A DNA stretch of 63,745 bases, filler included, from an uncultured Methylococcales bacterium (GCA_964653275.1; 3 parts of 3 records of this genome joined end to end with filler, not necessarily neighbours in it); one strand, 5' to 3'. Shown: positions 43,418 to 54,326, numbered from the whole stretch's first letter. The notes: generated by a model from the sequence alone, not told the origin. Numbers and translations: made by a program.

Positions 43418-44575
43418 TTAGGCTAACAAGTTGGAAAGTGTGTCGACTAGAAGATCGGCTTCCGGTTTTTTTAAAATAAGGGGGGGAAGCAACCTAATGG
43501 TATTTCCGGCAGTCACATTGATCAGCAGCTGCTGCTTCAAAGCTTTTTGCGTTAATTCGCCACACGGTCGATCCAATTCGATCCCTATCATTAACCCAAG
43601 TCCCTGTAGATTGACGATATGGTTATTGTTTTTTAAAGAATCACTTAGTCGGTCAATTATATATCGACCCATTTCGGCTGCTTGTTCAACTAAATTTTCT
43701 TGTTTAATCGTATCAATGACGGTCAATGCGGCACAGCAAGCTAGTGGATTGCCCCCGAAAGTTGAACCGTGTTTACCAGCAGTCAGTTGCAGTGATGCCT
43801 CACCGCGTGTCAGGCATGCACCAATCGGCACGCCATTCCCTAGGGCTTTTGCCAGAGTACAAACATCGGGGATTATTTCTGCATGCTGGTACGCAAACCA
43901 GCGGCCAGTTCGCCCAATACCAGTTTGTACTTCATCCAGCATTAACAACCATTTACTATCGTCACAAATACGGCGTAATCGTTTAAGGTAATCCTTTGAA
44001 GGGATGTTAACACCTCCTTCTCCCTGAACAGGCTCAACCAATACAGCTACGATGTTAGGGTTTTTCCTTAGAACATTTAATGCATCAATATCATCGAATG
44101 GAACTCGAATAAATCCTTCCACTAATGGTTCGAAGCCCTTTTGAGCCGTAGGATTTCCTGTAGCAGTCAAAGTTGCCAGCGTGCGACCATGAAAACTGTT
44201 TTCCATAACCACAATTGTCGGTATTTCAATGTCGAGCCGGTGCCCATATGATCTTGCTATTTTGATCGCTGCCTCGTTGGCTTCCGCGCCTGAGTTGCAA
44301 AAAAATACACGATCTAATCCACTTAAATGACTTAACTTTTGTGCAAGGTTTTCTTGTAGTCCAACCTGATAAAGATTTGAAGTATGGATTAAACGACCGG
44401 CTTGAATTGCCAATGCATTTTGAATTCCTTCGTGGGCGTGGCCGAGTCCACAAACCGCTATACCGGACAGAGCGTCGAGATAACGTTTCCCCTGATCGTC
44501 CCAAAGCCACACACCTTGACCTTTCTCGAAGGTAATCGGCAATCTCGTATAGGTGGGCATAACGTGGGTTGACAT
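43418..44575 (-). CDS. argD: Acetylornithine aminotransferase
   Basis: NSGAEANE, FHGRT, DEVQTG, AKALGNG, HGSTFGGNP. Confidence 0.95.
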   Translation of the reverse strand: MSTHVMPTYTRLPITFEKGQGVWLWDDQGKRYLDALSGIAVCGLGHAHEGIQNALAIQAGRLIHTSNLYQVGLQENLAQKLSHLSGLDRVFFCNSGAEANEAAIKIARSYGHRLDIEIPTIVVMENSFHGRTLATLTATGNPTAQKGFEPLVEGFIRVPFDDIDALNVLRKNPNIVAVLVEPVQGEGGVNIPSKDYLKRLRRICDDSKWLLMLDEVQTGIGRTGRWFAYQHAEIIPDVCTLAKALGNGVPIGACLTRGEASLQLTAGKHGSTFGGNPLACCAALTVIDTIKQENLVEQAAEMGRYIIDRLSDSLKNNNHIVNLQGLGLMIGIELDRPCGELTQKALKQQLLINVTAGNTIRLLPPLILKKPEADLLVDTLSNLLA

Positions 44576-44591
44576 GGCTACGGACTTCATA

Positions 44592-44657
44592 AAAAACAAA
44601 AGGCAGTCCTTGACTGCCTTAACTTTCAATTATATAGAGCAATTCTGCATCAAGCAA
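44592..44657 (-). promoter_or_regulatory. argD promoter with a terminator-like leader hairpin
   Basis: TTGCTT-N17-TATAAT (44657-44629), then aaggcagtc-aag-gactgcctt plus ttgtttttt. Confidence 0.55.
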
Positions 44658-44664
44658 GAATCAG

Positions 44665-44764
44665 NNNNNNNNNNNNNNNNNNNNNNNNNNNNNNNNNNNN
44701 NNNNNNNNTTAATTAATTAANNNNNNNNNNNNNNNNNNNNNNNNNNNNNNNNNNNNNNNNNNNN
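44665..44764. other. Artificial contig-joining spacer
   Basis: N44 + TTAATTAATTAA + N44, identical to the first spacer. Confidence 0.97.
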
Positions 44765-46900
44765 CCACGCATGATAGCGCTCAACCCACTGTAAAACTGT
44801 GTGTGGTGTGTGAGCCCGTTTCCAATTCCCCGCCACATATTTATTAGCCTCGGCGAGAGTTGGGTAAATATGGATTGTTCCGAGAATCTTATTGAGTCCG
44901 AACTTATGGCGCATGGCAGCTACATATTCCGCGATCAAGTCACCGGCGTGATCACCGACGATCGTTACACCAAGAATCCGATCTTTTCCGGGCACTGTCA
45001 GTACTTTAACGATTCCGTGGGCTTCATTGTCGGCAATGGCACGATCCAAATCGTCGATTTCATAAGTGGTGACTTCGAAGGCAATTTCTTTTTCTTTAGC
45101 CTCCATTTCGTTCAATCCAACACGCGCTACTTCCGGGTCGGTGAAGGTTGCCCAAGGAATGACCGAATAATCCACGGCAAATTTACGGAATCCGCCAAAC
45201 AGGGCATTCACCGATGCATACCAGGCTTGATGAGCAGCAGTATGGGTGAACTGATAGGGTCCCGCCACATCGCCACAAGCGTAGATATTGGGGAAAAGTG
45301 TTTGCAGGTACTGGTTGGTTTCGATGGTATGGGTTGGGGTGAGTGGAATGTTGAGCTCTTCCAGACCGAAGCCTTTAGTATTGGCTGCCCGTCCTACAGC
45401 CACCAGCAATTCGTCGAATTCGATCCGTATTTCTTCTCCTTTATGTTCACCGAGGCGTTCGCAAACCATTATCTTTCGGTTATCTTCGATGACAAATCTC
45501 ATTGGCTTGTGTTCGACACGAACATCAATCCCTTCGGATTTGAAGCGTTCCATAACCAAAGCGGAAATTTCTGGATCCTCACGGACCAGAATTCTGGACG
45601 ACCTTTGTACTTGCGTTACCTGGCTGCCGATACGTGCGAAAGCTTGAGCCAGTTCACAACCGATAGGCCCCCCACCCAGAACAAGTAGACGTTTCGGCAA
45701 TTTGCGAAGATCCCATATGGAATCCGAGGTGAAATATCCAACTTTGTCAATTCCTTCGATGGACGGTACAAACGGACGTCCACCGGTAGCAATAACAATG
45801 TTGCGTGTGGTTAGGGTTTGACCATTGACCTCCACGGTATAGGGCGAGGTAATTTTGGCTTCACCTTGAATGCAGTCAACACCCAGTTGGCTATAGCGTT
45901 CTATCGAATCATGGGGCTCTACCTTCCGAATGATAGATTGTACCCGTTCCATGATGTCGGCAAATTCGAAATCAACGTTAGCGGATTTGATGCCGAATTC
46001 CTTAGCACGTTTAACGTGACTTAGAAATTTAGCTGAACGAATCAGGGCTTTGGATGGTACGCAGCCCGTATTCAAGCAGTCGCCCCCCATCTGGTTTTTT
46101 TCGATCAAGGCGACTTTTGCTTTGACCGCGGCCGCGATATACGTTGTAACCAACCCTGCAGAGCCTGCACCGATAGCTACCAAGTTGTAGTCAAATGATT
46201 TGGGTTTCTTGTACTGGCTCAAAACTTTCCGCGCTCTGATCATGGACACAATTTTTTTGGCGATTAAGGGGAAAATACCTAACACCGCAAACGATAAAAT
46301 TAACCCGGGCGATAGAATACCGCTCAACGACTCGATCTTGGCGATTTGGGTACCGGCATTAACGTAAACTATGGTGCCGGCCAACATGCCAAGCTGACTC
46401 ACCAGATAAAACGTCAGTGTACGGATAGGCGTCAGCCCCATAACAAGATTGATCACAAAAAACGGGAAAGCTGGAACTAACCGCAATGTAAACAGATAAA
46501 ACCCGCCATCTTTTTCCACCCCGGTGTTAATCGCGTTCAAATGTCCACCAAACTTACTCTGCACCGTATCGCGGAGCAGAAATCGTGAGGCAAGAAATGC
46601 CAGAGTTGCGCCAATACTGCTCGCGAATGACACAAGGAGTGTGCCGGTGATAAGGCCGAAAATGGCGCCTCCAACCAGAGTCATCAGCGCTGCACCGGGT
46701 AAAGACAATGCTGTGACCACGATATAAATGACAAAATAAATCAGCATCGTCCGGCCGGGGTGAGACTTATAATATAAGTCGATCTTAGCTTGCTGGGATT
46801 TAAAAAATTCAAGCGTGAGATATTGCCCCAGATCAAACAGGAAAAAACTACCTGCTAATAAGAGGATGATGATGAAGAGTAGGGTTTTACCTTTTGTCAT
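44765..46900 (-). CDS. VTT/DedA (TVP38) domain fused to a pyridine nucleotide-disulfide oxidoreductase (MerA/Lpd-like); 3' end cut by the contig end
   Basis: N-terminal TM domain (LSLPGA, LRLVP.FPF); GAGSAG, GGDCLNTGCVPSK, GGGPIGCE, HIYPTLAE. Confidence 0.9.
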
Positions 46901-46929
46901 TGAGCTATCCTTGATAGGTTTGAACAAGA

Positions 46930-47754
46930 TTATCGTGCTTCGTTTAGGCTCCAATCATACTGATGATCGATGGTGCCCTGATATTGGTTTAACCTTTGAC
47001 CCAATTTGGGTTCGGCATATTGCTGTAGATGTTCGATGAGCTTTTGATTGTTGCCACCGAAATCTTCTGAATACCAGTGGTAAATACTGGAAACGATGAG
47101 GTTACCATTTTCGAATCGGACACCTCGCGGATGATTCACATAATCGCGGGCGCTTTGATTCAAAAGTGAATCAATATTGTCGGTGGTAAAAGCCATTGCA
47201 GCGAGATTCGGACATCCGTAACTGGCGCAATTCACTGCATAGTGGATTCTTGGATCCTTCCAAAGAGGCCGAAGGATCTTATGCTCAATATCGTTTAAGG
47301 TCAGTTTATTACCCGCAATATGAGCAACATCATCGTTCCACGGTCCAAAGCTAAATAATCCTTTTCCAATTTTCTTAATGCTTTTGATTGGATAGTTTTC
47401 GAGTATGAGATCGATTGTCAATGCGTTGTAAAGGTTGATCCAATAAGCCATCTGTTCTGATCGTCTGTATGCTCTGGGATCGGTCGCTTGAAGTTGGTCT
47501 AGGTAAGTTTTCAGTTTGTTTTTATCATCAACGCTTACCTGGTTATAGCGAAATCGATTCACGCCTGAGGGGTTATCTGATTGCAGATAATTATCCAAAA
47601 TATTTTGCCAGGGTTGGTGATCAATAGTTGCTAGATTAGATTCGTTGTTTTGATTCCAAATTTGCGTGTTCGTCGCATACCCTGGAACAGAGATTAACAA
47701 TAACGTCACTGATGTTATAAAAGCTAAAAAGTGTCTATGCGTGATCCTGTTCAT
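46930..47754 (-). CDS. DUF547 domain exported protein
   Basis: Signal peptide; AYWINLYNA, LNDIEHKILR, DPRIHYAVNCASYGCP, YDWSLN. Confidence 0.9.
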   Translation of the reverse strand: MNRITHRHFLAFITSVTLLLISVPGYATNTQIWNQNNESNLATIDHQPWQNILDNYLQSDNPSGVNRFRYNQVSVDDKNKLKTYLDQLQATDPRAYRRSEQMAYWINLYNALTIDLILENYPIKSIKKIGKGLFSFGPWNDDVAHIAGNKLTLNDIEHKILRPLWKDPRIHYAVNCASYGCPNLAAMAFTTDNIDSLLNQSARDYVNHPRGVRFENGNLIVSSIYHWYSEDFGGNNQKLIEHLQQYAEPKLGQRLNQYQGTIDHQYDWSLNEAR

Positions 47755-48021
47755 GGTTACTTTTCTGTAGGGTGGCTTTAGTACTTAAACTTGACCGTAA
47801 CAAAATGTTTTTTATTTCATCCACTGGCGGTGTTTGGTTTCGGAATTCTATCCTAAATTTTGGGTGCAAATAGTTGGCACCGAAATCTATGGTCATTAAG
47901 ATACCAACGGTCTAATTAAGACATTAAGTTCAATCGTCCACAAAATCTATCTAATAATCCAGACTTTGATTAAAGCAACAGGAGTGGTGATAGAATTTTG
48001 GAAAAAAAAGGAGGCAATACA

Positions 48022-48930
48022 TTGGAAATAATAAATGACGTTCTCCGTACTATCCGCGTGGATGGTTCTTTATTTTTCCATTCAGAGTTAAATGCGCCTT
48101 GGGGGCTAATATTGCCCAATAGTAAAGAACCCAAGATTCATATCGTGTTGTATGGAGAATGTATGGTCCAGTCGACAACGATGAATGGCCCGGTTCGATT
48201 AAAACACGGAGATGTAATTTTGTTGCCTGATGGTGTGGAACATTGGATTGCAGACTGCGTTGAAAGCCCGCGGTTGCCTAGCGAGCTATTTTGCAAAAGT
48301 ATGGAGGAAGGTCGTCCCGGGTTTCAAGCTACCGGTCCATCGGTTCATTTGTTGTGTGGTTTGATTCGCTTTGACCGACCCTTTGTTCACTCACTCATCA
48401 ATCACTTACCGGGATTCATCAAGTTAAGCTACCGATCACCAGAAAACTCTAAATGGCTGCCTGGGATTATTGCACAGTTTGAATTTGAATCGAGTATCGA
48501 GAAACCGTATATGGATGTGGTCGTCGATCGTTTGATTGAAATATTGTTTCTACAGATAATTCGGAATCATGTGGCACATATAGACTACCCACAAGGTTTT
48601 TGGGCCGCTTTACACGATTTGAAAATTAGCAAAGCATTACAGCTCATACACGAACGTTACGCGGAAAATCTCAGTGTAGAGTTGTTGGCTAGCGAAGTCT
48701 ATCTATCAAGATCGGCTTTTATGGAAAAGTTTACTCGACTGGTTGGAGAGTCACCCATATCGTATCTAACCGCTTGGCGCATGCATAAATCTCTTTTGCT
48801 ACTGAGAAACAGCAGTAATTCAATTACCGAGGTAGCCGAAAATGTAGGATATGCTTCCGCCGAGTCTTACAGTAGGGCGTTTAAGCGGTATTTCGGCTAT
48901 TCACCCCAGGATACACGTCAGAACTCTTGA
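48022..48930 (+). CDS. AraC family regulator with a cupin_6 domain (RclR-like architecture)
   Basis: APWG, LLCG, LSRSAF..F...VGESP..YL..WRM, VGYAS..SYSRAFKR. Confidence 0.9.
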   Translation: MEIINDVLRTIRVDGSLFFHSELNAPWGLILPNSKEPKIHIVLYGECMVQSTTMNGPVRLKHGDVILLPDGVEHWIADCVESPRLPSELFCKSMEEGRPGFQATGPSVHLLCGLIRFDRPFVHSLINHLPGFIKLSYRSPENSKWLPGIIAQFEFESSIEKPYMDVVVDRLIEILFLQIIRNHVAHIDYPQGFWAALHDLKISKALQLIHERYAENLSVELLASEVYLSRSAFMEKFTRLVGESPISYLTAWRMHKSLLLLRNSSNSITEVAENVGYASAESYSRAFKRYFGYSPQDTRQNS

Positions 48931-49075
48931 TTATTCATAGTACTGATATTTGGAATTGGCTTGCAATCACTTTTAACGAAATGACTAACTGGTTTTTCGC
49001 CTGAGAGTAAACTCAAAACGGTTGATAAAGCAGACATGGATTATCCGAACTAGTGGGACACGAGGAGTAAATTAA

Positions 49076-50155
49076 GTGGAAACGTCATTAATTATGGTAG
49101 TCTGCCTGGTGCTATTGTTAGCCTGGGCCAATGGAGCCAATGATATGTCGAAAGGCGTCGCTACATTGATGGGAAGTGGAACAACCAGTGCGAAGAAAGC
49201 GTTGATTTGGGGCACTGTCTGTACAGCGCTAGGAGGACTTACCGCTGTTACCTGGGGAGCAGCACTCGTAAAAACTTTCAGTAGAGCCTTTCTTGTGTCA
49301 GATTTTCCAATATCCTATGACTTCCTAGGGAGTACGATGGTCGGAGCCTGCCTTTGGCTAGTAATAGCGACACGAGTGGGTTGGCCTGTCTCAACAACCC
49401 ATGCATTATTGGGATCCTTGGTGGGCGCCGCGTTAGCCGAAGTCGGACCCGAAGGGCTGCGAACCGCGGCGATTGCCAAAAAAGCTTTGCTACCGTTACT
49501 GTTGAGCCCTCTCATTGCCGTTTTTATTTGTACAGGAATACTTTCCCTGTCACGCTTTATGACAAGCCGTGTTCCATTGAGACAAATTGATTGTAATGAG
49601 CCCGCATGGCAGGTTAATCCTTACCGCTGCGTAACCGAGAAAACCCACGGCAAGTATTACCGTCGTTTACCGCATCTTTGGGAAGCTTTGCACTGGTTGA
49701 GTGGGGGTGCGATTAGTTTCGCACGGGGTCTAAACGATGTTCCAAAAATCGCCGCTATCCTTATAATGGCGTTTGGTATAATGCCTGAATTAACCCCTTT
49801 TGATCATCAGGATACTGTTATTGGTGCAACCCTAGCCGTCACCCTGGTGATGGCTGCGGGCGGCTTGTGGAATGGATATCACGTCTTACAGGTATTAGCT
49901 CATAAGGTGGTACCGATCGCTCCCGCATCGGGGTTGGCAGCGAATACCGGGACTTCATTGTTGGTGTTGGCTGCTTCGCCACTAGGGATTCCAGTCTCCA
50001 CTACCCATGTCAGTATAGGTAGCTTGTTTGGTATTCGATTAACGGATAAAACTGTGCCTGACCAAGGTGATGCATTGCGTACGATCCTCTTCGCATGGCT
50101 GATTACATTGCCAGTCGCTGGATTTTTTGCTGCAGCAGCAAGCGGCTTAATCTGA
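49076..50155 (+). CDS. Inorganic phosphate transporter (PiT) family anion permease
   Basis: NGANDM, PVSTTH twice, GLND. Confidence 0.88.
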   Translation: METSLIMVVCLVLLLAWANGANDMSKGVATLMGSGTTSAKKALIWGTVCTALGGLTAVTWGAALVKTFSRAFLVSDFPISYDFLGSTMVGACLWLVIATRVGWPVSTTHALLGSLVGAALAEVGPEGLRTAAIAKKALLPLLLSPLIAVFICTGILSLSRFMTSRVPLRQIDCNEPAWQVNPYRCVTEKTHGKYYRRLPHLWEALHWLSGGAISFARGLNDVPKIAAILIMAFGIMPELTPFDHQDTVIGATLAVTLVMAAGGLWNGYHVLQVLAHKVVPIAPASGLAANTGTSLLVLAASPLGIPVSTTHVSIGSLFGIRLTDKTVPDQGDALRTILFAWLITLPVAGFFAAAASGLI

Positions 50156-50263
50156 GTATTGCGATGAATCTCGATCCAATTCCCCAGGCGATGGATTGTC
50201 CATTAAATTTACCAAAATTCTATTCCCCCGGTAGACTGCAACTTTTTTAAACTTATTATTAGG

Positions 50264-51031
50264 GTGACCAAAGTTATTACACATCGCATTGAGTGCTCTG
50301 AAGTTTGGGGTGGAATAGCTAATTGTGAAGCTAGGGTTTCCACCTCCGGTTTGAACGCGGCACTTTATTCTTCATCTGCAAGTGGTGCAAAGGGAGGAGA
50401 TATTTATTATCTCAGTGTTTGTGACAGCGATTTACTGACCCGGGTTGTTATAGCGGATGTTGTTGGCCATGGCGAAGATGTGAGCCAGATGAGTCAGTTT
50501 ATCTATGATGCGTTGATTAGAAATATGAATATGGTTGGTAACGGCGTGCTATTGGCTGAGATAAATAGAATAGCCATCGAGAAGGGGATATCGGCAATAA
50601 CAACCGCTGTTGTGGCTTCTTACTATAAACCCAACGGGGAATTTTGTTTCAGCTATGCGGGCCATCATCCTATTTTGGTGAAAAGAACAACAAGATCCAG
50701 CTGGCAGGAACTCAATGTGAATAAACCGGAAACACACGGGTCAATATTCAATACGCCACTGGGTATAATTCCCGAAGCAATTTATACTCAAGAATTGATT
50801 TCCCTTAACGAGAATGATCGTTTGCTTTTCTATACCGATGGATTGATTGAAGCAGCTAATCCTCAAGGCATCCAATACGGCATCGAGCGTTTGAAATCGG
50901 ATTTACAGGAAAAATCAAACTTGTCTCCAATTTGCACTCAAAACATGATACTTGAAGGGATTCGTCGGTATGTAGGTGGGCCCATTGGGCGTGATGATGT
51001 CACCATGTTGATGGTTGAATTAGCTCCCTAA
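50264..51031 (+). CDS. Stand-alone SpoIIE/RsbU-type PP2C phosphatase
   Basis: ADVVGHG, AGHHP, YTDGLIEA, DDVT. Confidence 0.88.
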   Translation: MTKVITHRIECSEVWGGIANCEARVSTSGLNAALYSSSASGAKGGDIYYLSVCDSDLLTRVVIADVVGHGEDVSQMSQFIYDALIRNMNMVGNGVLLAEINRIAIEKGISAITTAVVASYYKPNGEFCFSYAGHHPILVKRTTRSSWQELNVNKPETHGSIFNTPLGIIPEAIYTQELISLNENDRLLFYTDGLIEAANPQGIQYGIERLKSDLQEKSNLSPICTQNMILEGIRRYVGGPIGRDDVTMLMVELAP

Positions 51032-51164
51032 TAAATCCCTCTTAGAGGTTATCTGAATATAGCGACCGTTGATAGGAGCGATTAAGGTGTTCAGTGTCAA
51101 GGTACCCAAGCTTGCACTACCACCGGCTCGTTTTATTCCTAAATCGCGCGATATAATACGTCGT

Positions 51165-52064
51165 ATGAACAATATCGTTATCGTAACATTCTATAAATTT
51201 ATTCCACTACCGGATTTTCAAAAACGCCAATTGCCATTGCTCGAAGATTGTTTGAATGCAGGGTTGAAGGGAACCATTCTGTTGGCAAAAGAAGGGATCA
51301 ACGGAACCCTTGCAGGGTCGCGCGAAGGAATCGACGCTGTATTGAATAAATTAAAGCAAGACAGTCGTTTTACCGACCTGATTACCAAAGAATCTGTTGC
51401 CGATAATTTTCCATTTCGGCGTATGAAGGTAAGATTGAAGAACGAGATTGTCAGCATGGGACAACCAGGTGTAAACCCGGCTGATCGAGTGGGAGCTTAT
51501 GTCCCACCAGAAGACTGGAATTCCTTAATCAGCGAACCTGATGTTTTGCTTGTGGATGCACGAAATGATTACGAAGTGGGTATTGGTTCATTCGAGGGTG
51601 CGGTTAGCCCTAAAACAGATACGTTTCGGGAATTTCCTGCTTATGTAGAACACAATCTTAATCCCAAAAAACATAAAAAAGTCGCCATGTTCTGTACGGG
51701 TGGAATACGCTGTGAAAAAGCAACGTCTTTTATGCTTGATCGGGGATTTGATAAGGTTTATCACCTTCAAGGAGGTATTCTGAAATATCTTGAAAAGGTA
51801 CCGGAACAACAGAGTTTGTGGCATGGTGAATGTTTTGTCTTTGATGATAGGGTTGCCGTTGATCATAGCTTGAAACCGGGTTCCTATCGGCAGTGTTACG
51901 CTTGTCGACGTCCGCTTTCTAAGGAAGATTTATTGTCGTCCAGTTACAGTGAAGGTATTAGTTGTCCTCATTGTATAGAGTCCCTTACCGACGACCAGCG
52001 CAGCCGCTTTAGTGAGCGACAACGGCAGATTGAACTGGCTCGTGAACGCAAAAAAACTGGCTAG
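51165..52064 (+). CDS. trhO: Rhodanese-related tRNA uridine(34) hydroxylase
   Basis: [36 protein letters not shown]. Confidence 0.92.
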   Translation: MNNIVIVTFYKFIPLPDFQKRQLPLLEDCLNAGLKGTILLAKEGINGTLAGSREGIDAVLNKLKQDSRFTDLITKESVADNFPFRRMKVRLKNEIVSMGQPGVNPADRVGAYVPPEDWNSLISEPDVLLVDARNDYEVGIGSFEGAVSPKTDTFREFPAYVEHNLNPKKHKKVAMFCTGGIRCEKATSFMLDRGFDKVYHLQGGILKYLEKVPEQQSLWHGECFVFDDRVAVDHSLKPGSYRQCYACRRPLSKEDLLSSSYSEGISCPHCIESLTDDQRSRFSERQRQIELARERKKTG

Positions 52065-52719
52065 GTCATTACCAATACTGTATAGCTTTAGGCGATGTCC
52101 GTATGCGATACGGGCTCGTATGGCTATTGCCTATGCTGGGATCCATGTGGAGTTACGGGAAATTTCACTACGTGATAAGCCAGAGGCGTTATTGGCAGTT
52201 TCTCCGAAAGGGACAGTTCCCGTTTTGTTACTACCAGACCAGAGTGTTCTTGATGAAAGTCTCGATGTGATGATTTGGTCGCTGGGCCAATATGATCCTG
52301 ATAAATGGATCGCTTCCGATGGTTTGATTAGCCGCGAAGCTCAAAAATTAATCGAAATGAATGATTGCCAGTTCAAAGTGTATTTGGATCGATACAAATA
52401 TTCGATACGATTTCCCGAACATCCTTCAGAGTATTATCGCGAGTGTGGGGAAAATTTTTTAGGTGTTTTAGAAGCCTGTTTGGGTAGTTCACAATATTTA
52501 TTGGGCGACCAATTATCTTTGGTTGATGTGGCTATTTTCCCTTTTATCCGTCAATTCTCCAAGGTGGATTTATCGTGGTTTCAATCATCATCGTATATTG
52601 CGCTGAACGCATGGTTGGATAAATTCGAGCGAGGTGAGCTATTTAATAGTGTTATGAATAAATACAAGCCTTGGGTAGATGGAGAGGTTGGTGTGCCGTT
52701 TGGTATCTATGAGTCGTAA
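52042..52719 (+). CDS. Glutathione S-transferase family protein
   Basis: [37 protein letters not shown]; start uncertain. Confidence 0.9.
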   Translation: MNAKKLARSLPILYSFRRCPYAIRARMAIAYAGIHVELREISLRDKPEALLAVSPKGTVPVLLLPDQSVLDESLDVMIWSLGQYDPDKWIASDGLISREAQKLIEMNDCQFKVYLDRYKYSIRFPEHPSEYYRECGENFLGVLEACLGSSQYLLGDQLSLVDVAIFPFIRQFSKVDLSWFQSSSYIALNAWLDKFERGELFNSVMNKYKPWVDGEVGVPFGIYES

Positions 52720-52862
52720 CATTTCTTTGTTTTTAAACATAATAAAGGCATTTTGAAACACCTTTACGTGGTCGTGAATTATTAATACAAGATGTGTAGT
52801 CTGTTCTAAGATTGGATGGAGTGTTAGAATTCCTAATGCTCTTAATTGGGGAAAATATTCAG

Positions 52863-53234
52863 ATGAAGAAAGGAGCCCAAAGTACAAATAAATTAGATCG
52901 GGTTGTTGCCGATGCACGCAGTAATCGAGATGAGCGTGATAAAGGCTATAGAGAACAAGCGCTAAAACTTTATCCGTGGATCTGTGGGCGATGTAGCCGT
53001 GAGTTTACCCACAAAAACCTTCATGAACTCACCGTTCACCATAAAGATCACAACCACGACAACAATCCATCCGACGGCAGTAACTGGGAGCTATTGTGTC
53101 TTTATTGCCATGATAATGAACACGCGCGGTACGTGGATAAAATAGAAATGATGACTCCGGGACAGAATTCGGAAAAAAAACCTGATGCTACTTTCAATCC
53201 TTTCGCAAACCTCAAAGATTTGTTGAATAAATAA
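52863..53234 (+). CDS. yajD: YajD family HNH nuclease
   Basis: YREQALKLYPWICGRCSREF, HHKDHNHDNN, NWELLCLYCHD. Confidence 0.92.
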   Translation: MKKGAQSTNKLDRVVADARSNRDERDKGYREQALKLYPWICGRCSREFTHKNLHELTVHHKDHNHDNNPSDGSNWELLCLYCHDNEHARYVDKIEMMTPGQNSEKKPDATFNPFANLKDLLNK

Positions 53235-53312
53235 TTTGTTATTTTGTTGTCTGGATCTTAACCGCCGAGGTAATTTTTATCTTTTCGATTCTGAAAAAAA
53301 AAGAGAGAAAAA

Positions 53313-53981
53313 ATGAAAAATATTTTCAAAGTTACCCCGTTTTTAGTGTTTGCTATTATTTTCAATGTTTCTGTAAAGGCTGAGGATACACCGAAGTATC
53401 CAGGGGAAAACTTTGTTCCCTATGTGATTTACCAGGATAGTAAATTAATCGAACAACTTGGTGGGGGTTCAGTAAAGCAGTCCGAGAATAAAGATATTAA
53501 GGTGTCTACTCTGGAATCCAATAAATCGAGGCAGACAACAAGGGAGTTATACGGTAAAGGTGGCGCCTGGGATATGTCATCGAATTCGATATCTGCAAAA
53601 GTATCTAACCAACCTGTGTCCGCTGAGCCGGATGCTTTACCCCTTGGAGTCGTCGGTTTGGTTGCACTTTTAATCTTCTGGGTAGCTTGGATAAGTCGAG
53701 GAGGGGTAAATCCAGATATCCAGTCTGAACCGGAAGCCGTCAATACTACAGAGCCACCAGAGTTTTTTGTACAAGCCAATTGGGATGACCAGAAAAAAGC
53801 ATGGATTGCAACGATCGACAGCATTCCGGGTTTGGAGGTTGAAGCGACAACGACAGAAGCTCTGGTTGGGCGGTTAAACGTTGAACTTCCGGGTCTACTA
53901 GACGAACGTGACATCGATTATTCTTCGCCAATCACATTCCAGTTGCAAAGCGAAATGACAAGCGTAGCATCGGGTAGTTGA
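53313..53981 (+). CDS. Membrane protein: signal peptide + extracytoplasmic region + TM + DUF1902/HicB-fold domain
   Basis: Signal peptide ending VKA, TM LPLGVVGLVALLIFWVAWI, then VQANWDDQKKAWIATIDSIPGLEVEATTTEALV. Confidence 0.7.
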   Translation: MKNIFKVTPFLVFAIIFNVSVKAEDTPKYPGENFVPYVIYQDSKLIEQLGGGSVKQSENKDIKVSTLESNKSRQTTRELYGKGGAWDMSSNSISAKVSNQPVSAEPDALPLGVVGLVALLIFWVAWISRGGVNPDIQSEPEAVNTTEPPEFFVQANWDDQKKAWIATIDSIPGLEVEATTTEALVGRLNVELPGLLDERDIDYSSPITFQLQSEMTSVASGS

Positions 53982-54029
53982 TTCTAAATAGTGAATGCCC
54001 AGTGAGGTAGCAAACGGAATTCAAAGAAA

Positions 54030-54196
54030 CTAGGAGGCTGTCCGAGAATAGAGAACCTACCGCGGAAAAGTTGGATTTGGCCTGATTTTCCCATTATTTT
54101 CGTTAAATACTGCAAGTATTCGCCTCAAATAATGAAAAAATCACGCTCAAACCGTCTTTCCCTCGCTACGGTTCCTATTCTCGGACAGCCTCCTAG
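54030..54196. mobile_element. Intact 167-bp MITE-like palindromic element
   Basis: Perfect 22-bp TIR ctaggaggctgtccgagaatag/ctattctcggacagcctcctag with CTAG at both ends; interior is an imperfect long hairpin; no ORF. Confidence 0.8.
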
Positions 54197-54326
54197 GAAG
54201 CAGTTTTAATGCATGTGGCCTGGGTAAGATGTATGTTTGCCTACACGAGATCGTTCGTTAGTGATAGAGGAAGTGAATTACAATTAGTTCAAAGTTGGGT
54301 TGGTTTTACTGGGGATGATTTGAGTT

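Noticed and set aside
44801..45688. 295-aa antisense ORF and the many other short overlapping ORFs in the track
   Set aside because: They shadow well-supported genes on the other strand or frame and have no recognisable motifs.
44765..46900. Calling the reductase merA or lpdA
   Set aside because: No mer operon or metal-binding N-domain, no visible C-terminal Cys pair, and it lacks the HPTxxE of Lpd.
53613..53705. AEP + TM segment as a PEP-CTERM sorting signal for the exosortase
   Set aside because: It is internal, followed by ~90 aa, lacks the basic tail, and lies on a different contig.
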